Assembly: GCA_050330515.1 (NCBI GenBank)
Contig: JBHJNU010000003.1
Location: 15,560 to 79,559 of the forward strand
Length of the DNA: 64,000 nucleotides
Reading direction: 5' to 3'
Source of the DNA: Flavobacteriaceae bacterium
GTDB lineage: Bacteria; Bacteroidota; Bacteroidia; Flavobacteriales; Flavobacteriaceae
Below the pieces are notes generated by a model. The model was not told where the DNA came from. It made no database searches and worked only from the letters and a program-made list of their open reading frames with translations. Below, in pieces: positions 58,960-64,000 of this stretch (position 1 is its first letter; the number at the start of each line of letters is the position of its first letter). The position numbers and the translations under genes are program-made.

Positions 58960-60588
58960 GTGGTTAAACATCATACTTTTGTGGCTAACTTTGTAGCCAA
59001 CAAAAAGAAGGGCGGTATTTTGGTATCAAAACTGAACATACAAGATAGATTCAACATAGAGCTTCCTGCAGATCCTATTATTGCAAATGGCAGAAGGCAA
59101 GTGGCCAAGGCCTGTTTTTCGTTTGTTAACCCCAAGAGAACGGCAGATCCTAAAATACTCCATGTTTCCCCTGAGATGCTCTCGGCGATCGGTTTGTCTG
59201 AAGAAGATGCCATGGGCGATGGGTTTTTAAAGGTATTTACGGGTAATGAAATCCTTCCGAACACCAATCCGTACGCAATGTGCTATGGTGGGCACCAGTT
59301 TGGCAATTGGGCCGGACAATTAGGAGATGGCCGGGCCATTAATTTGGCCGAAGTGGAGCACGAAGGAAAGATATGGGCGTTGCAGTTAAAGGGTGCCGGC
59401 GAAACCCCTTATTCAAGAACGGCTGATGGTTTGGCGGTCTTGCGATCGTCGATACGCGAGTACCTGTGCAGTGAGGCGATGTACCACTTGGGCGTGCCTA
59501 CTACTAGGGCATTGTCTTTAGCGCTTTCGGGCGATCAGGTATTACGTGATGTAATGTATAATGGTAATCCCGCCTATGAAAAGGGCGCCATCGTTTGTCG
59601 GGCAGCTCCGTCTTTCTTGCGTTTCGGTAATTATGAGATTTTTGCTTCCCGGGAAGACAACCAAACCTTGAAGACCTTGGTCGATTACACCATCAAACAT
59701 CATTATTCACATTTAGGGGAGCCTGGCAAAGAAACTTATTGTAACTTTTTAAAGGAGGTTGTAGAGAATAGTTTAGAGATGGTAATCCATTGGCAGCGTG
59801 TGGGTTTTGTGCACGGTGTGATGAATACCGATAATATGTCGATTCTAGGATTGACCATAGATTATGGCCCCTACGGTTGGTTGGAAGGCTATGACCATGG
59901 ATGGACACCAAATACGACCGACAATGCGCACAAGCGCTATCGCTACGGCACTCAGCCCCAAATTGTACTGTGGAATTTGTATAAACTCGCCAATGCACTG
60001 TATCCGCTCATTGAAGAAACGGAGCCTTTGGTCGCCGTTTTAAATTCTTATCAAGAGCGTGTCGATCAAGCCTACATTGAAATGATGAAGTCTAAAATAG
60101 GACTTTATGAACACGATGCCACCGACCCCGATCTAATTACCGCCCTCGAAATTGCATTACAACGCTCAGAAACTGATATGACCCTTTTCTTTAGGTTATT
60201 GGCCAATGTAGAAATAGAGGGAAATGGCGATATGCTTCAAATTTGTAACGCGGCTTTTTATTTTCCAGGGGAAATAAATGGAAAAATTGAAGCGGAATGG
60301 AAACTGTGGTTTTCCAGATATATACTCCGGTTGAAAAAAGAGAAAAGAGTCGATGCGGAGCGCAAGAAAGCCATGAATGCGGTAAACCCCAAATACGTAT
60401 TGCGAAATTATATGGCGCAATTGGCCATCGATGCTGCCGATGTGGGAGATTATGGGTTAATCGATGAGCTCTTCAAGGTACTTAAAAAACCGTACGACGA
60501 GCAGCCTGAAAATGAAAGGTGGTTCGCCAAGCGACCCGATTGGGCAAGGAGTAAAATTGGCTGTTCAATGCTGTCATGTAGTTCTTGA
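58960..60588 (+). CDS. selO: SelO/YdiU protein adenylyltransferase (pseudokinase AMPylase)
   Basis: GQLGDGRA, QLKGAG, RSSIREYLCSEAM, HGVMNTDN, IDYGP and C-terminal CSMLSCSS. The true start may be about 20 codons later. Confidence 0.95.
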   Translation: MVKHHTFVANFVANKKKGGILVSKLNIQDRFNIELPADPIIANGRRQVAKACFSFVNPKRTADPKILHVSPEMLSAIGLSEEDAMGDGFLKVFTGNEILPNTNPYAMCYGGHQFGNWAGQLGDGRAINLAEVEHEGKIWALQLKGAGETPYSRTADGLAVLRSSIREYLCSEAMYHLGVPTTRALSLALSGDQVLRDVMYNGNPAYEKGAIVCRAAPSFLRFGNYEIFASREDNQTLKTLVDYTIKHHYSHLGEPGKETYCNFLKEVVENSLEMVIHWQRVGFVHGVMNTDNMSILGLTIDYGPYGWLEGYDHGWTPNTTDNAHKRYRYGTQPQIVLWNLYKLANALYPLIEETEPLVAVLNSYQERVDQAYIEMMKSKIGLYEHDATDPDLITALEIALQRSETDMTLFFRLLANVEIEGNGDMLQICNAAFYFPGEINGKIEAEWKLWFSRYILRLKKEKRVDAERKKAMNAVNPKYVLRNYMAQLAIDAADVGDYGLIDELFKVLKKPYDEQPENERWFAKRPDWARSKIGCSMLSCSS

Positions 60589-60683
60589 AAAAATTGTTAA
60601 TCAAGTATTTAGGAGCTTTTTTTTGGAAATCGCGAAAAAGTAAGGTCATAAAGTCAAGAAGAATAATTAGTAAAAAAAGATAA

Positions 60684-61178
60684 ATGGAAAATTATAAAAA
60701 AGCATATCTAGCTGGTGGGTGTTTCTGGGGAATGGAAGAGCTTTTCAGAATTCGACCGGGAGTGGTGGATACCGAAGTGGGCTACATTGGAGGGAAAAAT
60801 GAAAGTCCAACCTATAAAAATCATCCCGGACATGCAGAAGGACTTGAAATTGTGTATGATCCGAACAAAACGTCGTTCAGGCATTTACTGGATTATTTTT
60901 TTAGAATCCATAATCCGACTACCGTAGATCGCCAAGGAAATGACATTGGGTCAAGCTATCGATCTGCCATATTTTTTCAGAACCAGCAAGAAAAGGAAGA
61001 TTCGCAAGAAATGATAAAAATTGTAAACGATTCAAAAAAATGGGACGCACCCCTTGCAACGACCCTAGAGCCGTATACCACTTTTTGGCCTGCCGAACCC
61101 GAGCATCAAGATTACCTGCTCAGAAAACCCAATGGATACACCTGTCACTTCGAAAGATTCGCTGAAAGCTTTATTTAG
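60684..61178 (+). CDS. msrA: Peptide-methionine (S)-S-oxide reductase
   Basis: GGCFWG, GYIGG, HAEG, RQGNDIGSSYRSAIF, AEPEHQDY and GYTCH. Confidence 0.96.
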   Translation: MENYKKAYLAGGCFWGMEELFRIRPGVVDTEVGYIGGKNESPTYKNHPGHAEGLEIVYDPNKTSFRHLLDYFFRIHNPTTVDRQGNDIGSSYRSAIFFQNQQEKEDSQEMIKIVNDSKKWDAPLATTLEPYTTFWPAEPEHQDYLLRKPNGYTCHFERFAESFI

Positions 61179-61183
61179 ATACT

Positions 61184-61191
61184 GGAGGTGA
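61184..61191 (+). promoter_or_regulatory. Strong Shine-Dalgarno sequence (GGAGGTGA) before the second msrA
   Basis: 8-nt anti-SD complement 5 nt upstream of the ATG at 61197. Confidence 0.45.
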
Positions 61192-61196
61192 TTTGA

Positions 61197-61715
61197 ATGG
61201 AAGAAAAGCAATCGGCCAAAATAGGTTTCGGAGGCGGATGTCATTGGTGTACGGAGGCCGTATTTCAACATGTGCTGGGTGTTCAGGGTGTTGAACAGGG
61301 TTGGATCGCCTCTGTGGGTTCTGATGCCGCATTTTCGGAGGCGGTAATCGTATATTTCGACCCAGGGATAGTTCCATTGGCGGTGCTTGTTGAAATTCAT
61401 CTACGCACGCATCAAAGTACAAAGAGGCATAGCATGCGAACTAAATATCGATCGGCTATTTATATTTTTTTCGATGGGCAGCGGGAAGAGGTCATGGCAC
61501 TATTAAAGGTGCTACAAAGCCAATTTGAAGAAGAATTGATTACCAAGGTAATGCCGTTTCAGGCTTTTAAGGGATCGGGGGAAGAATTGCGAAACTACTA
61601 TTTGCAGAACCCGCATAAACCTTTTTGCGAAACGTATATCAACCCCAAGCTGAGCATGCTGATAGAGAAATATGCCGCATTTACAGCTTCAGCAAAGTTG
61701 GCTCATTTAAGATAA
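61197..61715 (+). CDS. Divergent second MsrA-family protein
   Basis: GGGCHWCTEAVF, EAVIVYFDP, YRSAIY and NYYLQNPHKPFCETYINPKL. Confidence 0.85.
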   Translation: MEEKQSAKIGFGGGCHWCTEAVFQHVLGVQGVEQGWIASVGSDAAFSEAVIVYFDPGIVPLAVLVEIHLRTHQSTKRHSMRTKYRSAIYIFFDGQREEVMALLKVLQSQFEEELITKVMPFQAFKGSGEELRNYYLQNPHKPFCETYINPKLSMLIEKYAAFTASAKLAHLR

Positions 61716-61925
61716 TATCAACCATGGCCGTAATTGTGAAAGACAAAGTATTCTAGGCACTTTTCCACGGCCATCCCTTCGGTAAGCTATCTATTTAACA
61801 TGTCTTTATCTGGTCATATACTAAATAAAGGAAGGCTAAAAGAAGAAGGCTAGAGCGCAACGTACCGGTTTGATGATGTCCTTCGAATTGCCTATCTTGA
61901 ACCTTTCTCAAAATACCTTATCCCT

Positions 61926-62525
61926 GTGAAGACAACCTCCGATCTTGATTATCTGCAAAACCTAAAAAGAAAGGTGCTTTCGTATACCGAAATCGATCAA
62001 GCCATGCTCGATATGCAAATGCGCATGTACCATCGACTAGATCTTAAGAAGGGAGAGACTTTGGTCGTTCCTGGGCAACTGGTCAAACATTTTTACTATG
62101 TTGCCACAGGCTGTATTTGTTATTATAAGATGGAACAAGGCGAACCAAAGGTGATGGAGTTTTATACTGACGACGTTTTCTTTACAGATCTGCCCGCTTA
62201 CGTAAAAGGTACGCCTTCGAATTATTTTCTCAGGGCTTCTGAAACTACTGTGGTTTATGCCATTAAAAAGACCGATGCCGAAAACTCGTTCAACACCTCT
62301 CACCAGTTAGAACGTTTTGGAAGACTGTCGATGCAGGAAGCCTTCATGAAAATTTTCACGAGGGTGGAGCGGCTCAGTAGCCGAAGTAATGAAGAGCGCT
62401 ATCTGCGTTTATTGGAAAAAAGGCCCGACCTCTTTCAACGTGTACCACAATATTTGATCGCTTCCTATTTAGGCCTTACCCCTGTAGGTTTATCAAAAAT
62501 CCGAAAACGATTGGGTAAAGGGTAG
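61926..62525 (+). CDS. Crp/Fnr family transcriptional regulator (Bacteroidota type)
   Basis: cNMP-binding-like N-domain and C-terminal QRVPQYLIASYLGLTPVGLSKIR HTH. Confidence 0.92.
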   Translation: MKTTSDLDYLQNLKRKVLSYTEIDQAMLDMQMRMYHRLDLKKGETLVVPGQLVKHFYYVATGCICYYKMEQGEPKVMEFYTDDVFFTDLPAYVKGTPSNYFLRASETTVVYAIKKTDAENSFNTSHQLERFGRLSMQEAFMKIFTRVERLSSRSNEERYLRLLEKRPDLFQRVPQYLIASYLGLTPVGLSKIRKRLGKG

Positions 62526-62598
62526 TTCTTGAAAATGGTTCTTCAAAGGCGAATTTTAGTTATGTCCTCTAGAATGCTTTACTGATCGCTTCCATTTA

Positions 62599-62612
62599 TT
62601 AAACCAGTTTAA
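62599..62612. promoter_or_regulatory. Perfect palindrome TTAAAC-CA-GTTTAA, candidate operator for the adjacent Crp/Fnr regulator
   Basis: Lies between the regulator and the acyl-CoA dehydrogenase, about 55 nt upstream of the ATG. Confidence 0.5.
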
Positions 62613-62668
62613 CGAGATTGCCCTGAATAAATCTTAACTTGGAGATCCACAAGATGAAGATACGCACC

Positions 62669-64000
62669 ATGGCAAATCAGTATGTCGATTTAGAAACCTT
62701 GAAATTTTTGTTGTTCAACGTACATGACCTTAAAAGTGTGTTGGCGCAAGAGCGATTTTCCGATTACGATGAGGAATCTATAGAAATGCTCTTGAATGCC
62801 GTCAAGGATTTTTCGGATAAAGAGTTGTACCCCTATTTCCGTGAGATGGATGAGCATCCGGCCCATTTTAAGGATGGTGAGATCATTGTACATTCACAGG
62901 TTAATAATTTCATGCGGGCCGGTGGGGAAATGGGTTTCATTTCAGCCCCTTTTGCCCATGACGTGGGCGGTATGCAAATGCCGTCTATGGCCTATAACGC
63001 CTCGGGTTTCATTCAAGAAGCGGCCAACAACCATTTACCGGGCTATATCGGGTTGACCATAGGTGCAGCGGAACTCATAGTACATTTTGCCAATGAAGAA
63101 CTAAAGAATACCTACGTACCTAGAATGCTTGCGGGGCAATGGGGCGGAACCATGTGTTTGACCGAGCCTCAGGCCGGGAGTTCGCTTTCAGATATCGTAA
63201 CATCGGCAATACCTGATGGCGATTGCTATAAGATCCATGGACAAAAAATATTCATTTCCGCTGGCGACCGACAAGGCGCCGAGAACATTGTGCACCTGGT
63301 CTTGGCGCGCATTAAAGATGCCCCGGCCGGCACCAAGGGAATCTCCCTTTTTATAGTGCCCAAAAATAGACCAACCACGGGTGGGGGTTTAACTAAAAAT
63401 GACGTTACCACAGTGGCCGACTTCCAGAAAATGGGCCAAAAAGGGTACTGTACCACGCACTTGTTCTTCGGCGATAAGGAAGACTGCAAAGGTTGGTTGG
63501 TCGGTGAAGCAAATCAAGGACTCAACTATATGTTCCTCATGATGAATAGTGCACGTATTGGTGTCGGCAGGGGTGCGGCCGCTATCGCTACCGCTGCGTA
63601 CCAGGCCTCATTGAATTATGCTAAAGAAAGGCCGCAAGGCCGCCAGTTGACAAGTTCAGGCAAAAAAGATGCCGCGCAAGAACAGACCTTGATTATCAAC
63701 CACCCAGATGTGCGCAGAATGCTGTTATTGCAAAAAGTAGTTACTGAGGGTGCCTTGAGTTTGATCTTGTTGGCCTCGCGCTACCAAGATTTATCGCAGT
63801 CGCTGCCCGATAGTGCAGCTAGGGAAAAATACAAGTTGCTGCTTGAGATCCTGACACCTGTCACCAAAACCTATCCCTCTGAAATGGGTATAACCTCGGT
63901 TAACGCCGGGGTACAGGTATTAGGAGGATATGGCTTCTGTTCTGACTACATCTTACAACAATACTTGAGGGATATCCGCATTTCAGCCATTTATGAAGGT
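62669..64000 (+). CDS. Acyl-CoA dehydrogenase (runs off the right edge)
   Basis: Manual translation: MANQYVDLETLKFLL..., MCLTEPQAGSSL, GQKIFISAG, GISLFIVPK, NSARIGVG and RDIRISAIYEG. Alternative in-frame start at 62654. Confidence 0.93.
   Translation, partial: MANQYVDLETLKFLLFNVHDLKSVLAQERFSDYDEESIEMLLNAVKDFSDKELYPYFREMDEHPAHFKDGEIIVHSQVNNFMRAGGEMGFISAPFAHDVGGMQMPSMAYNASGFIQEAANNHLPGYIGLTIGAAELIVHFANEELKNTYVPRMLAGQWGGTMCLTEPQAGSSLSDIVTSAIPDGDCYKIHGQKIFISAGDRQGAENIVHLVLARIKDAPAGTKGISLFIVPKNRPTTGGGLTKNDVTTVADFQKMGQKGYCTTHLFFGDKEDCKGWLVGEANQGLNYMFLMMNSARIGVGRGAAAIATAAYQASLNYAKERPQGRQLTSSGKKDAAQEQTLIINHPDVRRMLLLQKVVTEGALSLILLASRYQDLSQSLPDSAAREKYKLLLEILTPVTKTYPSEMGITSVNAGVQVLGGYGFCSDYILQQYLRDIRISAIYEG

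Noticed and set aside
60577-60640. Selenocysteine readthrough of the selO TGA
   Set aside because: The Cys-Ser-Ser equivalent of the Sec position is already encoded before the TGA, and I see no SECIS-like hairpin after it.
61731-61783. Inverted repeat ATGGCCGT...ACGGCCAT after msrA2
   Set aside because: Only 8 bp with a ~35-nt loop, no U-tract and no second copy in the window.

Overview
A 64-kb chromosomal segment of a Flavobacteriaceae (Bacteroidota) bacterium. The gldKLMN operon, TAnnTTTG promoters and A-rich leaders support this; a marine Maribacter/Zobellia-like clade is only my impression. Most of it is housekeeping: comEC (partial), NlpC/P60, lpxB, surE, prc, mreBCD-mrdA-rodA, purH, groESL, secG, lptE, a sigma-54 activator, miaB, topA, gldKLMN and an ABC-F. 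Accessory blocks lie between these: (i) a Cys-rich metal locus (HYC_CC_PP protein, a cloverleaf-like intergenic RNA, HMA-MauE, TonB-dependent receptor, HMA); (ii) a pure AAAKKAAPK histone-H1-like gene flanked by two orphan promoter-terminator units; (iii) three tandem exported plant-type LRR proteins sharing a short conserved C-terminal motif; (iv) a SUMF1-fold/YceI/DUF1549-DUF1553 cytochrome/DUF1501/DUF2231-cytochrome operon followed by an SDR and an FAH; (v) msrB-selO-msrA-msrA2; (vi) a Crp/Fnr regulator with a palindromic site ahead of an acyl-CoA dehydrogenase (partial). I saw no transposase, integrase, tRNA, rRNA or CRISPR array. All calls come from reading motifs by eye; no database search or folding program was run.
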